From: an uncultured archaeon
Lineage (GTDB): Archaea; Thermoproteota; Bathyarchaeia; Bathyarchaeales; Bathycorpusculaceae
Assembly: GCA_963782915.1 (NCBI GenBank)
Contig: CAWALK010000023.1
Location: forward strand, 32,001-96,000
Length of the DNA: 64,000 nucleotides
Direction of reading: 5' to 3'
Part shown: positions 40,487-50,105 of the stretch, in pieces
Position numbering within the stretch: position 1 is the first letter of the stretch
Layout: each line of letters begins with the position of its first letter
The notes under the pieces: generated by a model
The model's input: the letters and a program-made list of their open reading frames with translations, nothing else
What the model was told of the DNA's origin: nothing
Database searches by the model: none
Made by a program: the position numbers and the translations under genes

Positions 40487-41221
40487 ATGGGCAAAATCAG
40501 CAAGACTCTCGCATTATTCCTAACTCTAATAATCGCTACGTCATGCCTAACCTTACTGATGGTTAACTCTGCAAATGCCCAAACAATACCTAAACCATCT
40601 GTACCAGAGTTCACTATAAAAGTAGTACACCATTCAGTAGACCAACCAGCAATTTATTCAATAGACCCCTATACTGGAGAAAACAAGACGGTTGTTGAAG
40701 CAAAGCATGACGTATGGACAAGTGTAGTAGTAACAATCATGAATCAGCACTTCATACCCTATGCTGATGCGGAGGGGAATACAATTAATCTGTATTATAA
40801 TGTGCGCTCAAAAGGGTCTTTTTCAGAGAATTGGGTTGAGCTTGAGAACATTAATTATGGCTTCCCAACTCCAAGTCAAATTCCGTCCCCTCCAAGCGAA
40901 GATTATCTAGAGTTAGATTACACTGCAAACTACTCGTCTAATGCACAACTTGATTTTCAAGTACAGGCAATGATAGGCTTTATCCATGATATTGAAAATC
41001 CGTATGGTGGAATGGATAATCGGTATTACCCTGTTTTTACTGGTGAATCGAGCGGTTGGAGCAACACACAAACAATAACCATAGGACAATCCTCAACTTT
41101 ACCATCTCCATCGCCTACCGTTCCAGAACTATCTTGGTTAGCAATCATACCGTTGATGGTTTCAATGCTCTGTCTTGCTGTGGTACTTAGGCATCGAAAA
41201 ACGTCATACTTCAACAAATAG
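40487..41221 (+). CDS. Secreted anchored protein, array family member 2 (PEL/PEF-CTERM-like)
   Basis: PKPSVPEFT, DPYTG, LYYNVRSKG, LDFQVQA, SGWSNTQTITI, VPELSWL-TM-RHRK. Confidence 0.87.
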   Translation: MGKISKTLALFLTLIIATSCLTLLMVNSANAQTIPKPSVPEFTIKVVHHSVDQPAIYSIDPYTGENKTVVEAKHDVWTSVVVTIMNQHFIPYADAEGNTINLYYNVRSKGSFSENWVELENINYGFPTPSQIPSPPSEDYLELDYTANYSSNAQLDFQVQAMIGFIHDIENPYGGMDNRYYPVFTGESSGWSNTQTITIGQSSTLPSPSPTVPELSWLAIIPLMVSMLCLAVVLRHRKTSYFNK

Positions 41222-41317
41222 ACTTTTTACAGCGATAGGGTGTACACCCACCTCCTACTTTTTGGTCAAGAAACTTGACCAAATCAAGTCAAGTGCCATT
41301 TACTGGAAGCTTTATAT
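41189..41317 (+). repeat. Array junction element copy 4
   Basis: aggcatcgaaaaac...aaatagacttttt...gggtgtac...gGTCAAG aaa CTTGAC caaatcaa GTCAAG...gctttatat. Confidence 0.8.
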
Positions 41318-41341
41318 CACAATCTTTTCATTGCCTTAAGT

Positions 41342-42578
41342 ATGCGACTTCTAAGCAAAAGCTTCCTTCTCATACTGATTTTAACAATCTTGGGGGCATC
41401 CATACTTGTTTCTATGCCTACTGGATTAGCTCAAAGTGACACAAACAAGAGTGGAATAATTAGTTCAGATACCACATGGACTAAGGCAAATAGTCCACAT
41501 AACCTTGCTGGAAATGTGCTTGTTAAGGAAGCAGTCACCTTAACTATAGAAGCAGGTGCTACCGTCAATCTCAACACCTACTATATCTTAGTCAACGGTA
41601 CACTACAAGCAAAAGGGACCAGTACTGATAAGATAGTGATAAATGGCATCGAGGGCTCTCCACCTCTAGCTCCATTGGGAAGTTCCTTAGCAATGCCCTT
41701 TACTTATGGGATTACAATCAATGGTGGCTGTACAATTGAAAACGCCATTATTAACAACGTTAGATTAGCACTTGGCAGTTCTAACAGAATTAGCAATTCA
41801 ACATTTAGTGGTTTTGTTTCTATAGGACAATCGTCAACTTTCGCGAACAATATTGCTACAGGTTTGGTTTTCGCTGGAGGAAACTCAAAAATATTAAACA
41901 ACATCGTTCACGGTGGCATTGAAACAGAATATGGGTCACCAACTATTTCTAGTAACATAATCTCTGGCGGTGGAAATGGCATCTGGTGCTATTTGTCTGA
42001 AAACGCTGTAATCACGGATAACATCATTACTGGTTGCGGTTCAGGCATTTTTGCTCAAGGTAGTAACGGTCTTATTAGTGGAAATTTCATTGCTGAAAAT
42101 ACTAATGGCATTACTGTTAACTACGGAGCTAAAGTAACAATTAAAGAAAATACAATAAAGCAAAATGAGGTTGGTATACAACTGCCCAGTTCTGCCTAGT
42201 CCAGTCATCAATTACAACAATATACAAAACAATTCTTACAGCGTTTACTTAGGGGCATCAGTTAACCTTGATGCTACCAATAATTGGTGGGGAACAACCG
42301 ATACCCAAGCAATAAATAAAACAATTTTCGACTTTAAGAATGACTTCAATTTGGGGTCGGTAACCTTCATTCCTTTCCTTTCGTCACCTAATCCCCAAGC
42401 ACCAACTGGCCCGACATTAACACCTGAACCATCAACAACTCCATCGTCTTCTGTTTCTGATAGTCCAATCCCATCTCCAACCATCCCAGAGTTATCTTGG
42501 TTGGTAATTTTGCCTTTGTTTGTTGCAATGCTCTTTATAGCGATAAAACTTAGGGGTCGGAAGGTTAGCAATGATTAG
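41342..42578 (+). CDS. Right-handed beta-helix surface protein, PEL-CTERM-like (frameshift near 42190)
   Basis: SDTTWTKANSP, I.GN.I repeats, NNWWGT, IPELSWL-TM; paralog of 37936. Confidence 0.85.
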
Positions 42579-43359
42579 AGGTAAAACGTTTTCATTGGTT
42601 CTTATCCTGATTTTAGCAATGTCACTGTTTATTATTGCACAATCCGTTTCTGCACAAACAACACCTAAACCGTCTGTTCCCAAATTTACAGTGAGATATG
42701 TCGATTATTCATATGATATTCCACCAGTATATGGAATAGACCAATACACAGGGCAGAATACCATAATCCAAGCAGGTTATCATGTAGATAATAGCAGCAT
42801 TGAATTTACAATCAAGAATCAACCCTTCCAGAGCTATAATGATACAAATGGTAATTACAATACTTTGTACTATAACTTTAGATTCAAGGGTCAGTATGGA
42901 GATAGTTGGTCTAACTATCCAGACCTTGGTCATTCGTATGGGCGTTTTTCAGGCTTGTTCCCTGATGTTTCAGCTTCAAATTCCGACTATACTGTTATTT
43001 CAATTCCACTCCTTGCCTTAACAGCTTATGCTACTAGCACTCATTCTATTCCAATGGGTGTCAAGGTAGATTTCCAAGTCCAAGCAATCATGGGATATAT
43101 CAGTTCTACCCCCACTGGAATGTTAGCTGGTGATTTTTTCAGTTTTGAAGGAAATAGAAGTGATTGGAGCAATACACAAACAGTAACTTTAGGAAACACG
43201 GCTTTGTCATCGTCAACCCCAACATCAACGGCTTCATCACCAATCCCAACTCCAACCGTTCCAGAGTTTTCATGGTTAGTAATTTTGCCTTTGTTTGCTG
43301 CAATGCTATTTTTTGCGGTAATACTTAGGCATAGAAAAATCCCTAACTTGAAGCAATGA
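42571..43359 (+). CDS. Secreted anchored protein, array family member 3 (PEF-CTERM-like)
   Basis: PKPSVPKFT, DQYTG, IKNQPF, LYYNFRFKG, VDFQVQA, SDWSNTQT, VPEFSWL-TM-RHRK. Confidence 0.87.
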   Translation: MIRGKTFSLVLILILAMSLFIIAQSVSAQTTPKPSVPKFTVRYVDYSYDIPPVYGIDQYTGQNTIIQAGYHVDNSSIEFTIKNQPFQSYNDTNGNYNTLYYNFRFKGQYGDSWSNYPDLGHSYGRFSGLFPDVSASNSDYTVISIPLLALTAYATSTHSIPMGVKVDFQVQAIMGYISSTPTGMLAGDFFSFEGNRSDWSNTQTVTLGNTALSSSTPTSTASSPIPTPTVPEFSWLVILPLFAAMLFFAVILRHRKIPNLKQ

Positions 43360-43453
43360 CCTTTTCCCACGGCTATATATGCACACCCTCTATTGTTCAG
43401 TCCATAAACCTTGACTTGGCTTAGTCAAGAAACCTATACAAGAACCCTTTAAT
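43327..43453 (+). repeat. Array junction element copy 5
   Basis: aggcatagaaaaat...aatgaccttttcccac...CTTGAC ttggctta GTCAAG aaacctatacaagaaccctttaat. Confidence 0.8.
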
Positions 43454-43470
43454 CGTCCAAAAACCACGCT

Positions 43471-44187
43471 TTGGATATGAACAAAATCGGTAAATGTTCT
43501 ATCTTGAGTTTGGCAGCACTCTTGTTGCTTCTAAGTTGTGCTTTCGAATTAGCCAGTGCATCTGTCCCTTCCGTTCCAGAATTCACAGTAGCAACTGTCG
43601 ATCATTCATATATTGTACCAGCCGCCACTGACCCCTACTCAGGGCAAATTGACCCCAGCTATATCATCCAAAATAAAACCATTGACATAACTATCAAGAA
43701 CCAACCGTTCACATCATCCTGCAAATACATTTATCTCTCTTATGCTATTCGCGAAAAAGGATACTACGAAACGGAATGGAGAAATATTTCTTCTTTTTCA
43801 AGAAATTCAAGCCCAGGCCGTTTAGCGTCGGATTCCGCGAACACTGTGGTTTCTATTCCGTTGTACAATTATCCTGATGGTGGTGGCCAGGTTGATTTCC
43901 AGGTGCAAGCGGCTATTGTGACTGCGCATCCAATTTGGGAGGGTTCCAATATGGGTTATTGGACGTTTGAAACCAGCGATTGGAGCAGCACTAAGACAGT
44001 AACAATCCCTGCATCCTCTTCGGGTTCTCCTATACCATCGAGCGCTTCATCTAATCCAACCTCAGCACCGACCCAAACCACGGCAACTCCCGAATTTAAC
44101 ATAGTAGAAATCGCGATTCTGGCGGTATTAATCATCTTGACGGTTTTAGTTGCGCTCTTGATTGTTACATTAAGGCGACGCCGATAG
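43471..44187 (+). CDS. Secreted anchored protein, array family member 4
   Basis: PSVPEFT, DPYSG, IKNQPF, VDFQVQA, SDWSSTKT, TPEF-TM-RRRR. Confidence 0.87.
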   Translation: MDMNKIGKCSILSLAALLLLLSCAFELASASVPSVPEFTVATVDHSYIVPAATDPYSGQIDPSYIIQNKTIDITIKNQPFTSSCKYIYLSYAIREKGYYETEWRNISSFSRNSSPGRLASDSANTVVSIPLYNYPDGGGQVDFQVQAAIVTAHPIWEGSNMGYWTFETSDWSSTKTVTIPASSSGSPIPSSASSNPTSAPTQTTATPEFNIVEIAILAVLIILTVLVALLIVTLRRRR

Positions 44188-44527
44188 GATATACATTCAA
44201 GCTACCTCAAAAAGGCGATTTCAATGTCTTTTTTTTGTGAGGATTGGATGCGTAGGATTTTTCCCATCCCACTGTTCGGTTGTGGGAACAGTTAGTTTTT
44301 GGTTTAGGTCGATTTCCAAGTGTGGTGGAGGGTGGAGCACTTTTTTGTCCCATCTGATACGTTGAACTATATTGGTTTGGATGCGATGAGGATGGGGATT
44401 ATACTTAGAAGAATTGTCGGCATAATTACTTCAAGATACTAACAAGCGGACCTTCTTGGGTTTTATGTCTGGGGTAGTAGTTGTCGAGTGGCTGCCCAAG
44501 ACTACTACTACTCTACTACACACACCA

Positions 44528-44575
<48 letters not shown>

Positions 44576-45380
44576 CTCTCACTAATGACACAGCAAGCTA
44601 AAAGCCATCAAAAATAACCCGTAGACCTCATATGGCATACTTTACGCTTTCAAACCGCACCCACAGTTCTCTACCTGAGAAAAGAGACAACATAAACGGA
44701 AAAGCACTCAAACGCTATACCTGCGAAGGTAGCCCGTGTGCGCCACAGTTGCAAGAGACAGATTCGATTGTTTATACAATTTGTTTAACAGGCTGCTGTT
44801 GGCTCGGGCACTTGGTATAAGTTGGGATTGAGCAAGGAAAAGGGAGCGATAATCAGTTATCTTTCCGAGAAAACTATTGGCTACAACAAAGAAGGGCAAC
44901 TCCAAAAAACTTTTAGTCTTTGGAGAAAAAAAATTCAGTAGCAAGCAATTTATTTATATCAACTTAAAGCTGGTTTCTAAAATAAGCTATCAGTTAATGG
45001 GTAGAAGAAGTGGAAATTTTTTAGACATTCTACTTATTTTAACACAAATACCCCCATAGGAAAAGATGAAGGTCTTGAGAACTGCGAATGCAAAGCCGAC
45101 TGCCCCTCATGCAAGAACTCCCCAAAATGCGGAAATGAAAATCAACCAATAGACAAGAAAGCTACCCAGATTCTTTTACGACATTTCTACAATTATCCAC
45201 GAACGCCTAACCTCTACATCTTTATAACTAAAACAAATAAAGAGAAAAATCATGAGCTCAGCGGTCGGTACTCCATCCCTTAGTTTAAAGCCCTGGTTAC
45301 GTGCCCTTGTATGCCTCAAGGCTGCAAGCATAGGACTTTATTGCCGTACTCTGCCATATTTAATTAGGATTCGGTTTTTT

Positions 45381-45620
45381 ATGGCAACCCAAACAGACAT
45401 ACTGAGGGATGCACTCTCAGGATACAATCGCGACGACATAACCTCGATTATAGATAAGCTTGCCGGCGACAAAGACAACCTCCGAGTAGACCTAAAACAT
45501 GTAAGATTTAGCCTGAGTAACGAAAGGTTTGATGTTAATGGAGTGGTTGACTTCAAAGTTGTCCATAAAATTCCTAACGCTCACGCTGTCGTGAAGGAGA
45601 TAGTTAAGAAGTATGGTTGA
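45381..45620 (+). CDS. Small hypothetical protein
   Basis: Start at MATQTDIL; overlaps next gene. Confidence 0.65.
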   Translation: MATQTDILRDALSGYNRDDITSIIDKLAGDKDNLRVDLKHVRFSLSNERFDVNGVVDFKVVHKIPNAHAVVKEIVKKYG

Positions 45621-46029
45621 GCCGTCGGGGGGTATTCCGAATTTTGAGGGCGGCCAAGTTTTGCTCTCAACCGGTGATGTGGAGGTTCTGAAGGTTAATT
45701 TGAGCAGCACACACATCGATGTTGATGTGGAAGATAAGGCATTCATAAAGCGCCTAATTGAAATGCGTGACCAGCTAACACCAAAAATACCCAGCGATGG
45801 CGAAGTTGAGGACACGGGGAATCCACCCCAAATCGGTGGCATTCTATCTACTGCCCGCAGAGTCGCTGACACGCTATCTGACCGAGGCATAACCATAACA
45901 GTCTCATATAAGGGACACCGCATAGCAACCATCGGTGCCGAAGCACATCCGAAACTTCTACAGCACATAACTAAAACCCGTGGTATAGCGCTCAACAGTG
46001 TTGTCGCCGCTATTAGGCTCGTTATTTAG
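45613..46029 (+). CDS. Hypothetical protein
   Basis: 138 aa, AAGGAG upstream, in apparent operon with the YihY gene. Confidence 0.7.
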   Translation: MVEPSGGIPNFEGGQVLLSTGDVEVLKVNLSSTHIDVDVEDKAFIKRLIEMRDQLTPKIPSDGEVEDTGNPPQIGGILSTARRVADTLSDRGITITVSYKGHRIATIGAEAHPKLLQHITKTRGIALNSVVAAIRLVI

Positions 46030-46034
46030 TTGGG

Positions 46035-46997
46035 TTGATTATGAATAAGGGACAGTTTGCAGGCCTACTTTTCCAGGCATTCACTAAGTGGCAGAAACAT
46101 AATGCTACACTTCGAGCGGCAGCGTTGACCTTCTTCACTATTCTGCCATTGCCGTCCCTTGCCCTGATAGCTGTGGCAATTCTTGCGCAGTTGTATGGGC
46201 AGCCGGCGGCACTGCAGCAGTTAATCAGTCATGTAAGTTCTATTGCAGGGCCAACTGTTGCCAATTTGTTGTATGAGGTGCTTTTGGATGCTCAGAGTCC
46301 CCTTACCGGTGCCGTAGAGTCTTTTTTTGCTGTAGTCTTCGCGTTGTTGGGTGCTTTAGGTGCTTTTTCCGTACTGCAACAATCAGTAGATGTTATCTGG
46401 GAAATCCAAGCTAAGGAACGGGGGCGGGCTGCGTTCATCAAGGAGAAAGTCTTGCCTTTTATCCTCGTCCTCGTAATCGGTATAATCGTTGTTGCTTGGA
46501 CTGCAGCTTCAACTGTGCTCTTTGACGCCGTTGTCTACGCTTTAGATCCATTTCTCGGCGGTTTTACACCATATTTGATTTGGCTTCTTCAAATTCTGCT
46601 TTCGTTCGGTTTAGGTACGCTGCTGTTTGCGATCATTTTTAGGGAACTGCCAGAGACGAAGGTTGAGTGGCGCGATGTATGGCTTGCAGCGCTGTTAACG
46701 GCCGCTGTTTTTACTGTATTGAATTATTTTTTTGGGCTCTATTTGAGTTTGGTTCAAGTGACGACGTTAGCTGGAACGGCGGGTTCTTTAATTGTGCTTT
46801 TTTTGTGGATTTACTTGGTTAATTTGTTTGTTCTTTTTGGTGCACAGTTTTCGAAGGTTTATGCCCAGGGGTTTGGTTCTCATCATAACAGGCCTGCGGT
46901 GTTAAAGTGGCCGCCTCGCCCAAAAGTGGACCATGTCGAGGTGAAGGCGGAGGTTAGCGTAAAGGTGGAAAACAAAAAAGCGTCAAAAAAAGAGTAG
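46035..46997 (+). CDS. YihY/virulence factor BrkB family membrane protein
   Basis: AAALTFF...SL, LPETKVEWRDVW, G.AGSLIVLFLWIY, LFGAQF. Confidence 0.92.
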   Translation: MIMNKGQFAGLLFQAFTKWQKHNATLRAAALTFFTILPLPSLALIAVAILAQLYGQPAALQQLISHVSSIAGPTVANLLYEVLLDAQSPLTGAVESFFAVVFALLGALGAFSVLQQSVDVIWEIQAKERGRAAFIKEKVLPFILVLVIGIIVVAWTAASTVLFDAVVYALDPFLGGFTPYLIWLLQILLSFGLGTLLFAIIFRELPETKVEWRDVWLAALLTAAVFTVLNYFFGLYLSLVQVTTLAGTAGSLIVLFLWIYLVNLFVLFGAQFSKVYAQGFGSHHNRPAVLKWPPRPKVDHVEVKAEVSVKVENKKASKKE

Positions 46998-47121
46998 TTC
47001 AAGTTTCCCCTGAGTATTTAAGGCATTTGGGTTTTTGCCCGTTTTTATTTAGTTAAAGTAAGTCGGGTTTTTATAGAACTCCGTCGTATTTGCTTGAAAG
47101 AAGAGAGAGTGGAAATTCCAA

Positions 47122-47799
47122 TTGACTCTTATCGTTGATGACGCTGGCAGCGGCGATTTACTTTTCGGCGTTGTAGTCGGCGCATACCACCAAGAAACAG
47201 GCGAATTCAAATACGACCTCATTGACGTCAGATTCTACCAAGATATCTTCCGCGAAAAAGAATATCTGCAGGAATCCTCCCGAGTTGTCGCACGTCTTGT
47301 TTCAAAGTTTAATTTGAAACCCGACGAAGCCATTCATATCTGTCAAGGCTGCATCTTTGATGTTGCTGCTGAGGAACTTTCGAAAGTCTACGGTGAAGAC
47401 CGCGTTAAGCGAATTCATGTTGAGGGCGAAACACAGCGTTTAGTCGAAATCGCATATTTAGATGAAATACGAAATTTGGGTTACGAACCGATGGCTGAGA
47501 GGGAAGAAAAAAGAGGGAAAAGCTTCTTCCACATGATGCACTGGTTAAAAGACAACCCTGAAATGCTGCGCTATGCCAAAACAGGTTGGCCCCGACTAAA
47601 GAACTATCAGATATTCAAGGACTTTCATGCAAAACAAACGTTCAGTGCAGTTTGCAGCGAATGCGGTTCCGAATGTGAGGTGCCCTTCCAACCTAAAGCC
47701 GATAAACCGGTTTTCTGCAAAAAATGCTGGACAACCCACAAACCCGCACGTCCACACTCTAATCGACCCCGAAACAACAGGAAAACAATAAAACACTAA
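47122..47799 (+). CDS. RNase H-like (RNase HII-related) protein fused to a CxxC-x17-CxxC domain
   Basis: IVDDAGSG N-terminus resembles RNase HII DEAGRG; C-terminal CSECGSECEVPFQP..DKPVFCKKC. Confidence 0.7.
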   Translation: MTLIVDDAGSGDLLFGVVVGAYHQETGEFKYDLIDVRFYQDIFREKEYLQESSRVVARLVSKFNLKPDEAIHICQGCIFDVAAEELSKVYGEDRVKRIHVEGETQRLVEIAYLDEIRNLGYEPMAEREEKRGKSFFHMMHWLKDNPEMLRYAKTGWPRLKNYQIFKDFHAKQTFSAVCSECGSECEVPFQPKADKPVFCKKCWTTHKPARPHSNRPRNNRKTIKH

Positions 47800-47817
47800 A
47801 GTTGGTATAATAAAAAA

Positions 47818-48138
47818 ATGAATATATTCTTAGACTTTAACTCAAGCTGGTATATACTCCTATTCGCTTTTCTTGGCGCATGGGCAATCTTGATCTTTGC
47901 ACGCAAAAAATTCAATTCAATGCACGAAATTAAAGAACAAGCGTTCTTGGCTTTCGGCGGCATGATTTCTATGGCTATGATGGAATTCTTTGCAGTCTCA
48001 ACTGGACTGTGGAATTATACGCCTGGCAACTGGCCGGTGATTTTGTGGCCAACCTACTTTGTGGCTATACTGTTCGGGTATCAGCTGCTTAGGTCTATCG
48101 AGCGTGTGCTTTTGCGTCGACCTGTAAATCCTTTTTAA
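47818..48138 (+). CDS. Small three-TM membrane protein
   Basis: 106 aa hydrophobic; paralogous pseudogene at 3488-3829. Confidence 0.8.
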   Translation: MNIFLDFNSSWYILLFAFLGAWAILIFARKKFNSMHEIKEQAFLAFGGMISMAMMEFFAVSTGLWNYTPGNWPVILWPTYFVAILFGYQLLRSIERVLLRRPVNPF

Positions 48139-48308
48139 CAGGTTAACGCTAAATTAATTTTTTTATTTTTTTAATCAATCTTTTTCTTCAGTTTTGGTTA
48201 TTAGTGCAATCTTTTATCGAAATAAATGGCGGCGATATTTAGTCCGAACGTTTGAGAGCATAATCGGTCAAGGCACAAAATTCGAGATACAACTGCCCGC
48301 TTAACGTT

Positions 48309-48881
48309 TTGTTTGAATGCTTAAATACCGATTTACCCTTTTTTATTATAGGTTGTGTTTTGTTTTTGACTTCTAGCAGTAGGCATGTTTCTCATGGTGC
48401 GGTTGTTTGGGCTGGGAAACCCTGGGTGATTCCGGCAGCGATTTTTCGTACGGTAGGTGTGGTTGTTTTTGCTATATTTTTCTTGTTTATTGAAATGACC
48501 TTTGGCGTTGCTCTTACCCTTATAGCGGGGTTGCCTGTTTTTTTGTGGACTCTTTTTGCGTTTATTCTGGTTTGGGTTTTGAGTTTGCTTGATTTGCTGA
48601 TTTATTGGGTTTCCAACAGTTATGTACTGCGGCAAGATGGCTTAGAGGTTCGTCGTGGCATTTTTCGGCTGCATTCTTTTGTGGTGACTCCGTCGGGTTT
48701 TGGTGATTTGCTAGTTTACCAGTCGTTGGGCGGCAGAATCTTTGGCTACGGCGACTTAACCGTGAACTCTCAGGGTGAACGCCAAACAAAACTGCGGCTT
48801 GTGCGCTCGCCCTTCACAGTCGCCGATACCATGCGAGACATCATGGGTAAACCCATTGTCCGCGTGGAAAATCCTGCCTAA
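48309..48881 (+). CDS. Membrane protein with bacterial PH (bPH_2) domain
   Basis: Two TM helices then Y.LRQDGL.VRRGIF...QSLGGRIFGYGDL.V. Confidence 0.82.
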   Translation: MFECLNTDLPFFIIGCVLFLTSSSRHVSHGAVVWAGKPWVIPAAIFRTVGVVVFAIFFLFIEMTFGVALTLIAGLPVFLWTLFAFILVWVLSLLDLLIYWVSNSYVLRQDGLEVRRGIFRLHSFVVTPSGFGDLLVYQSLGGRIFGYGDLTVNSQGERQTKLRLVRSPFTVADTMRDIMGKPIVRVENPA

Positions 48882-49276
48882 AACATGCTGTTGTGGTTCT
48901 TAGGTTGCCGTACTACTGGCTGTATTACGTCCCAGTGCTCGGCTAATTTGCCATCCTCCACCCGGAAGATATCTACGATTGCTCGGCCCACGTCGGAGTG
49001 GTTGGGGATAAGGTGGCTATGCACGACCACGTATTCGCCTTCAGCGATGATGCGTTTAAAATCCAACCGTAAGTCGGGGTTGGCTTTTAGGTATCCTGAT
49101 GCATACGCGATTACGCCGTCTGGTCCGTCGGGGGCTTCGGGGTTGTGTTGGCGATAGTTGGGGCTGATGTATTGTGCTACGGCTTGTTCAGGTTTTTTCT
49201 GGTTGAATATCATGTCTAAACAGTTTTTTGCTATTTTTTTGTTGGTTGATAGGTCGTTTGCTATTTGTGTTTGCAT
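48878..49276 (-). CDS. SnoaL/NTF2-like protein
   Basis: YRQHNP..PDG, IIAEGEYVVVH, VDIFRVEDGKLAEHWD. Confidence 0.92.
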   Translation of the reverse strand: MQTQIANDLSTNKKIAKNCLDMIFNQKKPEQAVAQYISPNYRQHNPEAPDGPDGVIAYASGYLKANPDLRLDFKRIIAEGEYVVVHSHLIPNHSDVGRAIVDIFRVEDGKLAEHWDVIQPVVRQPKNHNSMF

Positions 49277-49533
49277 AATTGTTCCTCGTTTATGTGGGGT
49301 TTTTGTTGGGTTTTAAGGGTGTGTGGTTGCGGCTTGTAGCAGCGGGGTATGGGTCGGTTGCGTTGTTTGTCTTGAATTTTGAATGTCTAATGTACGTTTG
49401 ACGTTTGTTTGGGTCGTGGTGTGGATGTTTGCAGAGGTTTTCTTAATTGTTATGAACAATTCTCAACACCCTTTAAATCCCGCCCAGCCCATCAATGTTT
49501 TCAGAGCAAAACAAATACACGGAGAAAAATGGC

Positions 49534-49668
49534 ATGTTGGATTTGGTAACAATCGTAACAGCAGCAGTTGTATGTGCCTTGCCCATCATATTCATGGGGT
49601 ATGTCAAATTCATGGTTCGGCGCGTGGAAACGCACACGGCAAGGTACAACAATGGTGCAGAGCGGTAG
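49534..49668 (+). CDS. 44-aa single-TM microprotein
   Basis: Not in ORF track; MLDLVTIVTAAVVCALPIIFMGYVKFMVRRVETHTARYNNGAER; GGAG and ctttaaat upstream. Confidence 0.55.
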   Translation: MLDLVTIVTAAVVCALPIIFMGYVKFMVRRVETHTARYNNGAER

Positions 49669-49979
49669 GTGCCTGTCTAAAACAGCCTCTCCCTGCTCCC
49701 AATAACCCGCAAAACCCACCCCTTTCCCTTTTTAGCCGTCAACACCATGGATTGAGTGGTGTTTTTCCCCTAATCAACCTTCAACATCAGGGATTTTTTG
49801 GTTAATATTTAATTTTTCACCAAAAAACATTTGAAAAAATAACAACGTGCACGACTAAAATTTTTGCGCTTTTACAAATTAGGCGTTGTATGTAGTTGTA
49901 GAGATATACACCCATATTACATAGCCTTATAAGCCAAAATCGCCGATGCACAAAGTCCCAACAGGAGGCGACAAAACAA

Positions 49980-50105
49980 ATGCTCAGTCGAGATTGTGAC
50001 GGATGCGAAATGCTCCACATGTGCAGTGAACGGTACCGGCGCGTCAGCAAAGACGAGAAGGTTTACTGCCCAGACGGCACAGCGCATCTTGTAGACCAAA
50101 ACTAA
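49980..50105 (+). CDS. 41-aa Cys-rich microprotein
   Basis: Not in ORF track; MLSRDCDGCEMLHMCSERYRRVSKDEKVYCPDGTAHLVDQN; AGGAGG RBS and ccttataa TATA upstream. Confidence 0.7.
   Translation: MLSRDCDGCEMLHMCSERYRRVSKDEKVYCPDGTAHLVDQN

Noticed and set aside
37850-43453. Junction repeats as a CRISPR array or classical integron attC sites
   Set aside because: Repeats are separated by whole genes, not 30-40 bp spacers; no RYYYAAC...GTTRRRY attC boxes, cas genes or intI seen.
39465-44187. Diversity-generating retroelement behind the variable surface proteins
   Set aside because: No reverse transcriptase and no TR/VR pair differing only at adenines in the window.
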